DNA from: Saccostrea echinata
Taxonomy: Eukaryota
Reading direction: 5' to 3'
Assembly: GCF_033153115.1 (NCBI RefSeq)
Contig: NW_026889761.1
Span: 6,324,001-6,388,000 of the forward strand
DNA length: 64,000 nucleotides
Of the stretch, positions 37,516-49,839 are shown one piece after another (the stretch's first letter is position 1; every line of letters starts with the position of its first letter). The translations under genes were made by a program, and so were the position numbers. The notes below the pieces were generated by a model that was not told the origin of the DNA, searched no databases, and saw only the letters and a list, made by a program, of their open reading frames with translations.

Positions 37516-39011
37516 TATGTTTCCTGTTACTTCTGTGAAACTGCTAAATGAATTTTAATCTACTTTGAAATATATAAATAAGCATTTTTATTAAAGAAGA
37601 ACAAAAGTTAACATCTGCATGCAGATTACGAGTCTTTAAATAAAAGCTTTAAATTTATACCTTCAAGTCCAGGTCCAAGATGGGGCTATTTTGATCATAA
37701 GTAGAAAATACAGTAGTTCTTTAATCATTTTATTAAATTTTCTTATGACCAATGGATCATGGGTCTGTCACAGCTTTGATCCAAGGTCATTTAGACTGGT
37801 TATTGTCACTTTAATGAAAAAAAAGAAATTACAAAGAATTCTATCTGACCATCGTGTGTGATGGTGAATAAACCGAGGAAATTTTACAAGGACAAAGTCG
37901 CTCAAGCAAACACCATAAATCCTTGAAATTGTAATTTTTTTAGTCATTAATTCGAAATACAAACAAAGTTTGTTAAAAACTGATGATACGGGGTTTTGTA
38001 AAGGGTACGGTTTACGAAATAAAAGTTGGAGTCATCTAAAAAAAAAAATGGAATTAAAACATCATTGCATCCATCTCTGAAATTGATTTGTCTCCTTGAG
38101 AAATACTTTTTTCATCACAGTAAATTATCAATTTAATGGTAGAAAAAAAAGTAGCAGAAACACGCACCAATTTCACAAATAAATATTTAATGGGAGAGAA
38201 AAAATTATGCATAAAATTATTTACAAATCATTTGTAGAGAGACACAAAAGTGACAAATCATCTATAGATTTTTGTCATCTTAAATATTAAGCAAAGCAAA
38301 ATGTCGTATAGTCCTGTGTTTACACAACATATGGCATTCTTTGATTATAATCTCCTCAACATCTTTCTTTGCAAGTATTTTAATCATTTATTGACTAATA
38401 TTCCGAAATATTGTAGAATTATGGCTGTATATTCGTAAAAAAAATTTTAGCGTGTTTCAAATCTAACTACAAAGCTCAATCTATCACTGAATTTCGTACA
38501 CTCCTTTGGTCATTCATCCTAATTTCATGCATCATTAAACATCATTCATTCTAATTACTATCAGTCTTTCTTTCAAACAAAGTCGGTTAGCTTGAAAGTT
38601 CTGCATGATTGAACATGATAAAAGTCCCGATCAAAGTTGTTTCTTAATTTTTCCCTGGGATATTATATTTTTCTGAAGGGGGAGGGGGGGGGGCAAAATT
38701 TTCAATTCCTTTTAAACGGTACTAGTATTACGTTCTTATGATATGACCCAGCAACTTTTTCTTTGAGAAAATGTCCAATTAAAGAAGTACACGCTGATTA
38801 TAAAGTGTAAAACTTTGATCACATCTTCAATGATACAGAAATATATAATGGATAGGATTATAAAATAGTACAGTGTACATATTGGTTGGCAGTGTTGGAA
38901 TATATAGCTGGTATAAAGCTTATCCCGTGAACATATTGTGGATACCAAGACTATAAAGGTCTTCACAGAGGTAGAATTATTTATGTGCTTTACACAGTTA
39001 TGATTAAATAT

Positions 39012-41362
39012 TTACACTGCAGTGGTACCCGGCCCCTCTGAGACCACAGGGGTGGCGTTATAAGCCTTTTGGTCTAGGACTACACGTCCGGCAGTCAGAG
39101 ACTGGAGCACTGGGTTACTATACTTTTCTCCTTTAATACTCTCAAAGATGACGTAATGGTTCTCTTCGTTTGAACCTTCTGTAGAGTTCTTTTGACTACT
39201 GACGCAATCATCATTATGATTAACATCACGCGAAACAGTTCTTGTGGTAGATGTAGCCACTTTCTGCTTTTGTAGGTTTTCCCGGTTTTGTTGATTTACA
39301 TCGTTCTTGTTTGTGTGGGATGTCACATCACGTGACATAGGGGGCTGCTCAGCATCTGGATTTTCACATCCGTCAGGGGGATGACGTTTGCACCATCCGG
39401 CGAATATATTATAAATGCATTCTTTCTCCCCTTGCCTATGAAAATATGACAGATATCAATGCACAAAATATTGGACTGAAAAGATTATTGAAAGTATAGA
39501 CTGATATGCATGGATTTTGATAAAAAATTCATACCATTTAAACTTTTTAAGAAAGAAGGCGACAATAATTATGCACACCAACAAAATGGCTATTGCAACA
39601 GCAGACAATACGATCACTGTTAGTCCTGCAAACACAGATTATAAATCAACATTAAATTAATGCTTATTAAAGATGAAAATATTCTAGGGTTTTGTGTCTA
39701 GTCAGTCATTTGGTGGAGTCCGGCCAAGAGGTGGTGTTCACTCAACATATAGTGCAAAAATTCAAACATGACAATGAGATTTGTCATGTATACGTCTTCC
39801 ACCAAGTTGTAATTAAGATAAAGAATAAGAAATCATAGGGAAAAAGGTAAATAGCTTTGTACCGCCATTTGATTGGTCCTCCTCAGTTGAAGTTGACATA
39901 GCTGAAGATGGAATTGGATCGCTGCCAATGGATTTTGACAGACGATTGGTTGATGTAATTTGATTCTGCGTGATTGCTTTGGATGTCTGAAGTTTAGGTG
40001 ACGTCAATGGTATTCTGAAATGTGACGTAATATCTAGGATATCCGGGTCGTATTTTTCTGGGTCCTCTTCGTCTTCACACTCTGCGTCACCCTCTGAACG
40101 ACGTGGATAAAAGAAATGTTTAGTTTTCTTGGTTACTTTGTATTATTTTAAAGGAAAATAAGAATAAATGAAATTAAATTTGAAATAAAATAAGACTAAT
40201 ATGAAATGAAATACAATACCTTCCACACATTCGTAAATGACGCGAAAGAAAGTGACGTATTCACATTTGATGGAATAAATCCGCCACACAGTAATGTTAC
40301 AGTTCTGGTGGCCGCAGCACTCCTCGGAAATGTCTATATGCTCTGTGCAGTCCCCCACGGTATAAACACACTGTCGCCACTTGTTCTTGCCATAGACCGC
40401 CTCCTTGATTTGTATTTCGGTTCCAGTGGGGCAACGAAGCTCAACTGTCTGTTTTCCAGCTTCCTTTTTGGTACAGATAAAGGCAGATTCTCCTACAACT
40501 AAATACTTTTAAATTAATACGTTTAAAATTACCCATTATTATATACAATAACATATGTACTCAAAAAATAGAAGTCTTTTATATATCATCATTTTCTTTC
40601 CGGTAATGTTGGTCAAGGGTTTGTTCCAAACCACATATTAAACTATTAGGAATAGAATATTTTTTAATATATATAAACATTATTATATTGGAGTATTTAC
40701 ATTACATTTGTCTGCAAATTTTTCTCCAGTTAATAAAAATATTCTTGAAGTGCAAAACAAAGTTCTGTGAAGAATATCATCTCTAAATCGATTAAAGAGG
40801 ACGGCTTGAAAAGTTCAACATAGTACGATTTAGAACAGACTCTTTTGAAGTCTTCGAAGACACAAACTATCATGGTAAGGGGTCACAAACGGAGCATCTG
40901 TCTTTTTTTTTTTTTTATTTTTATTTTTCTCTGTCCTTACAAATATCCTTCTAGGTTCAGACTTTTTTCTTACTGCTTAATTATACGCAAGTATAATATG
41001 ATCATTTTATTTTCCAACGACGAAATAAAAATTTCTATCAAAATAGATCAAATTTAGACGATTTATTTCTTTTTCTCTCTCTCCTTTTTTCAGAATATGC
41101 AAATATTATACCTACAGTTTGCATTTAGTGTAACTTTCTTCTTTAAAAAAATTCTACTGGTATTGCCTTGTCGCACTGATATAACTATTGAAACTATAAT
41201 GCATTAATAAAATAAATTTTACAAATGATTATAATAGCACTAATACAAATGATTATCAAATCTTTTTCTATTTTAAGAGTGCTTGAAATTAGACATTGAC
41301 ATACCTGTACACCTTAGTATTGCAGCAACGACAACAAAAAGAGCCAGTATTTCTGATAACAT
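39012..41362 (-). CDS. Uncharacterised type I membrane protein with one SUEL/Gal_Lectin-like domain (358 aa)
   Basis: Exons 41362-41305, 40492-40220, 40093-39863, 39625-39535, 39435-39012, total 1077 nt. Signal peptide MLSEILALFVVVAAILRCTG; LRCPTGTEIQIKEAVYG...C...C...CCGHQNCNI...C...VIYEC; S/T-rich stalk; TM LTVIVLSAVAIAILLVCIIIVAFFL; cytoplasmic tail ending GTTAV. In-frame stop just upstream of the ATG. Confidence 0.85.
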
Positions 41363-41623
41363 CTCCTACGTCCAGTTCCCTAAATCTGTTCACATTACAA
41401 GAGATTTTCTGTATTAGACCTTTGTCTATCACTGGAGGGACATTCAAGTCTGCCTTGCGTCCGCTTTACCCCTCCACACGAGGAATTGTCATTATTCGCC
41501 GGATAGACCTGGGGAAGGGGTTTCTTTGTTTGCTTTGAGGTGATCTTTGTTTCTCGCAGCTGGTGACTGGAGTTTTCATCTCCCCAAGAACATCTGTCGT
41601 TTAAATCGCCCATTCACCGCGCG

Positions 41624-41631
41624 TTATATAT
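41624..41631 (-). promoter_or_regulatory. Putative TATA box of the SUEL-domain gene
   Basis: Minus-strand ATATATAA followed by GC-rich CGCGCGG, ~265 bp upstream of the ATG. Confidence 0.4.
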
Positions 41632-42396
41632 CCTATTTTAAGGTCGTGTGAGCCCCCAATCGTGACTGAGGCGGTGTTACCCCCGGCACCTTACACTAAT
41701 GCACCAATAATCTCATTACTTCAATACACTAGTCAGCGATGTGTGCATTCGAACGAGGAATTTATCGAATTGAAAAAATGGATTTCAAATTCATGTCATT
41801 GTTGTCAGAGGTGTTCGTATTTGCTAAAATCTTTTGTTTATATTTTAACAACAGGTGCAAATCCTACGTGTAATTTATACATACATTTTATTTTTTAAAA
41901 AAATCGTAGCCTTCACTGTAAAATTCCTTTCTCGTTATTCTTAATTTATTACTCATAATTAAATTTCAAATTATGGGTAAAATATCTTTTGAAGATAATG
42001 ATATTACTTAAACCTAATTTAATATCAAACATTTTTCTTCCATGTAGAAAACTGAACGTATGAGATAAGGAATTATAATGAAATTACAAACCCATTGTAC
42101 GTATATGGAATTTAAAATCAAACACACGCAAGAAAATTTTCATATGTAATGTTTAAAGATGAACCATCGTGGAATGAAATTATATACATTTTACTCTACA
42201 CTTCATCTCTAATTATTTAATCTATATAATTATAATTTTTGCTGTTTCACAATATTCGAACATTGCTTATTGTAAATACTTCGCCGTCTGATGTAAATCA
42301 CGCTCTCATTTTTGTACTCTAATAAACCCAACATGATACTGGGCTTAACAAAAAATGTCTGCAAATTAAAATACTAATATTCTCTAATGACCTGCA

Positions 42397-42441
42397 TATC
42401 CTTTTACCCGAGGACTTTGGAAGGCCTCGGGTACCAGGCTA
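42397..42441. mobile_element. 45-bp hairpin mini-transposon with 10-bp TSD (Academ-like)
   Basis: TATCCTTTTACCCGAGG...CCTCGGGTACCAGGCTA flanked by ATGACCTGCA on both sides (42387-96, 42442-51). Confidence 0.7.
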
Positions 42442-43853
42442 ATGACCTGCACTGCATGCAGCTGCGTAGCTTAGCTCACTGGTCAGAAAAATTAGGGTTA
42501 ACATTAAGACTAGTGAGCTATAGATCTACAGCTAAGACTTCACCACTCTCTACGTTCCGAGACAGGAACGAACGGCAATTCTACAAGATATAAGGGAGAT
42601 TGGGACTTCACGAGACTCTACATAATACTAAATAGCATATGTAAGGAAATATCAAAAGTATGCCGTGATCACAGGAGCTTGCTCTCGGGTGTAAAAATTC
42701 CTACACTAACGACTAAAACAACGCATATTAGTTGTATTTTTTTTTAATATTTTAACACTCCAGTAGCAACGCCTTAATTGTGCAGTAACTAACGGAAGGG
42801 ATTTTTCCCCTTTAAACATTAAGATTCAAATATAATTTGGATAGAATAGTAATGCATTTTAAAGAATAGCGAAACAAAAAGGGGGGTTTCCCTAATCAAG
42901 CTAATATCATGTACACTGGTACGCCTGTGGATAGAAAAGAAATAGGAGTACTGGATTACAAAACATGGTTTTACTTCCCATAGCTTTAATTTTTTAAATA
43001 AAAATTATGTGTGTAAATGCAAAATAAAACTTTTTATATCACTAAACTTAATCTTTGCCATGTATTTATCATTGGGGGTGGGGGGGGGGGCATTAATTGT
43101 ACAGAGTCTGACTTTATATTTTAGGGTTTACAAAGTGTAAAAAAAAAAAAAAATCATCAAAAGACATTTTGTACATATCTGATAATATCACAATTTTTTT
43201 TTTTAAAGCCACCTTTGCTATGGAAAAAAATATGCTTCAAATTCAACTCTATTATTCAACTTTCTATATACAAATGTCTATCTGATAAGATTAAAGATCC
43301 CTGTTATTAGCTCAGGCTAGGAATACATGTACTAGTATGTGTACTTATTGAGAGTGCATGTAACTTATTAACTACTATATTCAAAATGACTTGAAATGGC
43401 ATCGAAACCATCAAATGTTAATCCACTAAAATACAATGAATATGGTTTTCTAAATCATTTTCATATCTATATTATATCTGTAGATCAAAACTCTAGCAAT
43501 TCAGTCATTGAATGACACTGAATGACTTCTCATCTGCTTAAAACTGAAGTTAATAGAATTAGTATTTCATTTATTCATTTTTAGCTAAGAGCTGAATTTA
43601 TAGAAGTTAAAGAAGTCTATCATATATATATATAAAAAAATAAATAAAATTTTACAAAATTAAACTCAAGTGTAAGCAATCTTTAAAAGTCATTATTCAG
43701 TTCATGAAGAAGATTTAAAGTAAAAAAAATATTAACACTCTCTTTTACGATCCATCTGGTCCTTTTTCAGATCTATATTTATATCACAGGTGCAAAATAA
43801 TAACAAACTAAACAATAAAAATCCAACAATTTGATGCTATGGTGCGATTAATG

Positions 43854-46251
43854 CTAGCTCTTTGCATCTGGTCCCAATTTTTTCACTTTTGGTTTCAGTT
43901 CGAATGTAATAGATATTTTGCTTGAGACTGTAACACTTGAATTATTCATTTTCTGTTGTAAAGTCCTGGGGGTGTTAAATTCATCGGGGGATTCCTCTGT
44001 CCCCTGCCATTCTTTGTTCTCTAATTCCTTAATGCTGATTGGACGGCCAACAGACTGGTTCACGAAGCGGGCCATTTCCTGAGCTTTCTGTTTGGCATTA
44101 TGAATGGCAAGTAAACTAGCTTGTTGTCTGGAATAAAAATACACAATACTAGTAATACTATGAAAAACATTTTTTTCAATGCTATTTCAATCAGACACAA
44201 ACAGTGAAATGTACCAAATATTAAATTACTAACCTTAAGTTCTGGAGAGTGACAGAAGAATGAAAAAACTCTGGTAAACACACAGTCACTGTAGGGTCAA
44301 GTTTCTCCACTAGAAGATTGGACACATTCTGGCATTTGTGAAGATCTATGAAGAGAGCTGTTACTTCAACATCCATTTGGTACATCGAGTCTGATCGCCT
44401 CATTGTCTTGTTAATCTGTATGTCCGAGTCCTACATATAGAATTGTTACATGTACAGTATGAAAATTTATGTGAATATTTAAGAAATAAACAACAATGTT
44501 AAAAAGTTCACTGGGAAATGAACCTGGTTGGTTACATGATCAAATCCTGTGAAGCCCGATGGGCTCAGTAGACGTTCTGCAGTCCAGTTCAGGAAATCTC
44601 TGTTTATAATGAAAGAACAATGATCGCTACTAACAATAATCTTACTATTGTATATTGAAACGGGTAGATACTGTAAACCCCTATTCCTAGAGAAAAACGT
44701 TTATGCTATTCATGTAAATTATTTATTGAAGATGAAAAACATTTTGTTCTATACTGTTCAAAGTATGACCAATTTAGATGCAATTATACTGATATATTTA
44801 ATGTGAACACATATACTAGTGATAATCCCATTAGAAAAATTGTCAATCCTACAAATATTACAACTACTAGAAGGATATGTTGTTTTTTGAAAAAGTGCTT
44901 TGACACCAGAAAAGAAAGTCAGCAATGAATACTAAGAAATATGCGAATATACTCTACATCATTTTGTTTACCTCACATTTGTCACTTTGTATATGTATTC
45001 AATCGTGCTAATTTGTTTTATGTTATTATTGTTCATGACTGTATGCCGACATGGTAATTGTCAATAAAGTGAACTGAATTTTACTAATTCTTTATATATG
45101 TTAAGTCAAAAGCAGTAGTATCGTCTGTTTCAGTTTAAATACCTACAAAGGAATTTCGGGTTAAAAAGGTAAGCACAATTTTAGGCTAATTATATTATTC
45201 AATTTGAAACATTCTTCACACTGAAGGAAGATCTAATGAACATCTTTAATTAGAATGATAAACATCCATATGTTTCAATTATTTTATCTTTTTCATCACT
45301 ATCGAGTTAGAATTTCTGATAGCAGTTTCACTGTGACAGAAATGTGCAGGCAAGATATCATCTCACCATGTAATTTGGTCACGTTATGACCTCTGACCCC
45401 CTAATGAGTTCAAACAGAATTGAACATATTTTCTCTTCAAAAGGTTCATCTTTGTCTTTTTATCATAATTTCAAACAAGCTTTTAGCATGTACATTAATT
45501 TTCTTCTACGAATTTACTGTAGTCTGATCTATTGTGATGTCTCACAATATTGGTGTAACCATTCTGCAGAAACATTTATACACATTCAACATGTTCAATT
45601 TGAGTACTTCCAAGGTCCAGAATTGATGTTCTGCAGCAATTTGATGTATACTTTCAGGTGAAATAACATGACTAGTCCCAATCAATGCCACTTTCTTTTG
45701 AGTTACCTCAAGAATTATACTAGAATTTATTTGGACTGATAGAATTTGCTTCGGACTGGTAAAACACATCAAGTGACTATAGAAATATTTGGTTTTTGGA
45801 AACTCTGAGCATTAAAGTTATACATAAGACTTAAGAAGGAATTAAATACAGGTGCACTAGAAACATTGCAGTCTGGACTTCCATACCATATGCTGGGTAT
45901 AATAAAATAATGTTGTACATTACTAAAGTGAAAAAAAGTATCACTTAGATCTATACATGCATGTACCTTCACAGAGTGATTGTGAAGCGTCTGTATGATG
46001 TAATCTAGTCTTCTTGTGGTGCTCTCTTTCACATCTGCTACGGTTTCTTTTGTTGATGTTATTCTGATAGTGAGCCTGCACCTGTCAGGTGGCAATGTAA
46101 CAACTCCGACAGAGGAAACTTGGATAACACGATTGTCAATTTTGGCCTCTGTAATTTGGTTTTCATCGTTTGCTAATGAATTCATCTTGTTTAATTCTGA
46201 TGCTGTATCTGGTAGATTGGCAAAAACATGAGATGGTTTGAATAAACTCAT
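43854..46251 (-). CDS. IRAK1BP1: Interleukin-1 receptor-associated kinase 1-binding protein 1 (SIMPL domain; 251 aa)
   Basis: Exons 46251-45967, 44430-44234, 44127-43854, total 756 nt. PSHVFA, PDRCRLTI, RRLDYIIQTL, NLLVEKLD, LRQQASLLAIHNAKQKAQEMA..VGRPISIKE match the SIMPL family. Confidence 0.9.
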
Positions 46252-46566
46252 TTGAAAACTTTAAAGATCAATAAAGCAATCTCGACAAAAATAATCAGAA
46301 AATTCGTCAACAAGTCCACTCTTGTTTACATCCCCTATGTCAATTTAAAAAAAGAATTTTTTTTCGAATTGGATAAAAAAAATATCCAGTAACTCTTCTA
46401 AAAAATAAATCAAAAAAGTTCAGTGATATAAGGGTTAGTAAATACAACATAAATCGCCGATGATTTTATTTTCAATTTGTATCGCTGATGATCTAAGTGG
46501 CAACCGGAAGAGGTTTTCCCGGCAAGTGAAACGTTGCATTCGCAGAGAGACAGCAGAACCGGTGGC
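46252..46566. promoter_or_regulatory. Bidirectional promoter region IRAK1BP1/JAGN1
   Basis: Divergent start codons only 315 bp apart. ETS-type ACCGGAAG at ~46503-46510. Confidence 0.6.
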
Positions 46567-48263
46567 ATGGCTTCCAAATATGGACCTCGACCTGTCGGCA
46601 CGGACGGGAGCGATCACTGGCACAGAGAAAGTGTTGCCTGGCAATATAAATTTAGGTATGAGGTCAAAGATCTGTTAACACATTTCTGATGTAACATGGG
46701 AGTCTGTCTTTTTCCAGAGTGTAAATAGAATAATTCGCAGCATCTTGAGCATGTTCTAGCAAACTCTCTCCCCATTTTACCTCATTACCTACCTGAAGAC
46801 ATGTACAAGTAGTTTTTTGGAGAAGTTACATTTACTGTGAGAATGTTTAATAGTGCACCATGGATGAAAGAGTAAGTTATTAAAGTATCGAAGTTACATT
46901 TAAAAAAACTGATACACAGTACTTTGATTTGTCACAAGACAAATAACATATTCGTGTATTTTGAGTCATTGCTACCGTATTGATGTAAAACAGTTTTATA
47001 ACAGCAGGAGGGAAAGATTTATCTTTTCAGCAACACAATGAAGAAAACATTTTGTTTGATATAACCTTTAATTTACCATATTTTCATGGTCCAGGAGAAT
47101 TAGGTATTCAGAATACCTAATTCTCCTAGACCATATTTCATGGGGGGGGGGGGGGGGCATCTTTGGGTAAAACACTATTGTCTACAGCATTCATAATGTA
47201 ACAAATGGGCTACTTGACAATTATTAATATACATCATATATTTTGGGATTCTTTGTTAATATCAATATGAATTATAGCTCACCTTGAGCTCAAGTGAGCC
47301 TTTCTGATCAAAAATTTTCGGATATGGTGTGAATGTGTGTTTGACCATATGTATAAACTATGTATTTCTATCAATTTCCAATTTTTTATACTTGTGAAGA
47401 TCTTCAAAACCTCTGTGCCACAAATTTTCCAAAAGGCATCCTCTGAGGAATGAAAATCAACTTTGAAGAAAAGAGATTATGTTCTCTGGTTAGGGTAGAT
47501 AATCAATAAAAACAATTAATTAAAAACTTATGAAAATAGAATCATTTTTTTCCTTCTTTCAAAATGAGTTCTGTGTTTTCTGATCCACTATTTAAAATAG
47601 TGGATCAGAAAACACAAAACTTTTGTGAAAATGGCCTTACATGTATAGACTTAAATTTATTCTAATCATGGTGGGGCTTCATAAGTGACTGTGAGCATTT
47701 AAGCCCAAAAATCTATGGTTGTAAATGTGCACATATATTTAACTATGTTTACTAGTATTTATTGGATACATTATCATTGTAGCTCTTTGAACAAGTCCCG
47801 ACTACGGACAGACTTAATTACTCACATTGTGCTGAGTTTGTTGATGTTTGTACGAGTCCTTCCTGGGCTGACTTCATTCCTTGGTATTGGACCAGTGTCA
47901 TCACTCAGAAAGTGGAACTTTCCACCACCTCGACCCTGGGAGTATGCTTGGATGGTGTGCACAATGGCAATATTGGTAGGGTGGAGATCCATGGCAAAAA
48001 ATGATATTAAACTTCTGAAGCAGTATGTAGTGGGATCCATACTTTTTGGTCTTCTTCCTGTGATCTTTGGACTTATTGAACAAAGTGATGACTTGTATGC
48101 ATATCTGAATGAGAAGAAATATACTGGACAGTTTTTTGGATACCCTGCAGTTCTTGTGTTCTATTTATTTCTTTTTATAGCAATTCAGGTTCATGGATTT
48201 GGTATATACTTTTCATATCAACTTCTGAAGTCTTGGAAACCCAGGGAAAGAAAGACACAATAA
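46567..48263 (+). CDS. JAGN1: Protein jagunal homolog (189 aa)
   Basis: Exons 46567-46655 and 47783-48263, total 570 nt. N-terminus MASKYGPRPVGTDGSDHWHRESVAWQYKFS matches the jagunal signature. Four hydrophobic segments, PRPWEYAW, basic C-terminus RKTQ. Confidence 0.95.
47572..47616. repeat. Perfect 22-bp inverted repeat with 1-nt spacer in the JAGN1 intron
   Basis: TGTGTTTTCTGATCCACTATTT-A-AAATAGTGGATCAGAAAACACA. Confidence 0.92.
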
Positions 48264-49839
48264 TTCTAATGAACTGACTGCTTCCCATTGCTGTTCACAT
48301 TTCCATGTTGTTTGAGTGATTTGACATTGAGTGCATGTGTACAAAGCTATAAATAGCTAACATGATTTTAATCTCTCCATGTTCATTTTTTAATACCTTT
48401 TTTCATTCATTTATAAACCTGGACAAACACCTTTTTATGTTGCACAAAAATATAATAAGGTACTCTTGTTACATCTATCAGTGACTGGCTTTATGATAGA
48501 ATGCACATTTGAAATGTTTACATCTCCTATTTGTATTGTTGGGAGGTTTTTACACCCTTCTAAGTGACTGCAAGTTGTACAATTCTAACTCAAACATAAG
48601 ATATGTTTGAAAAGAAATGAATAAGTGTATTTTGTGAGAAATGACAGACATAAATTGGTGCATTATGAGAGAATTAAGTTGGAGACCAAAAAAAAGGAGA
48701 GAAAAATGAAGATTTGAATTCTGTTGTCTCCAATGTTGTTGGTAATTTTATAGTATTTTACTTTGTTATAGGAATAATGGCAATTTAGCAGATATAAATA
48801 AATCTGCTCCTGGTTTTCCATTCCAGAAAATCATTCAGCTTTTTAAATATTGGTGGTTGTTGTAGACATGCCTTTGGAGATGTGGTGGTGTAGTTTTACA
48901 TTTTCTCCTTACATTTGTATTTTTATAGCAGAGAATTGATTACCCTTTTGTTTTTGCAGTGGCCTAAGAGATGTTTAAAGAGGCCTCAGTTTGTTCTGTT
49001 TATATAAACGTGTTATGAAGTTATGCTATGCAAAATGTTGGATAAAAATACATTAAATCAATAAACCCAAGACAGGGACAGGTTGGTATACCAGTCAAAA
49101 TGCCAATATTTTCAGTGTTATTTTTATGCTTTGAGTTATGTCCCCTTTTTAAAATAAGTTGCACTCTTTTTGGTGTACTTGATAGCAGCCCATGCACATG
49201 TGCAGCTTCTAAACGTCAGTGACTTAGGTGTAAATATTCATTGTTCTTGTTCTATACCTGTTAACTGTTTCACTCCTTTTTTATTACCTCAGATCCTGTA
49301 TTGTGAAGTTAATAAAACTGAAAGACACAAGGTTTTCTATTGTTTATTATTCATACTCAAACTGGAATACATTAATTCACATTAAAAAAAAAATGATGAC
49401 AAGCATTGTATATTATTGGAGAAATGACAAAGATGTACAGAGACTCTAATGCTCTTATGAATATTCTCATCTTGAATTTTCATCAAGCTAATCCAGCTAA
49501 GAATATGTCAATTTTCTACCTGTTTATTGGGTCAATGAGAACATGTTAAATGTTGAAAGTAATCTTGACTTTCAATACTGAGACTAAAGTTGGTAAATGG
49601 TTTTGTTTAACCAGGTTTATTTTTTCTTGAATCATTGCATTTTACAAGTTGACAGACAAGGTCTTTAGGGCACTTGCATAAGAGATACAGATTCCTTGTT
49701 ACCTATAAAGAGATAATTTTTTTTTCCCCAAGTGTTAAATTAAATGTTTACAACAACTTTTCCTGTGCCAATGTCTTTGCACATGGTAGATTAAATTTTA
49801 CAACTTTTCCTGTGTGAATGTCTCCTCACAGGTGGTAGG

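Noticed and set aside
39012-41362. EVA1C orthologue (human EVA1C is also on 21q22)
   Set aside because: Only one SUEL-like domain and no recognisable FAM176 juxtamembrane motif; orthology unsupported without a tree.
47274-47520. Helentron/HINE-like remnants (also ~21360-21700, 50200-50620, 51810-52280)
   Set aside because: Too degenerate to delimit or confirm by eye.
16666-48263. An immune gene cluster (Reeler proteins, lectin receptor, IRAK1BP1, JAGN1) as one system
   Set aside because: Adjacency alone does not imply co-function in animal genomes; IRAK1BP1 and JAGN1 look like housekeeping genes.
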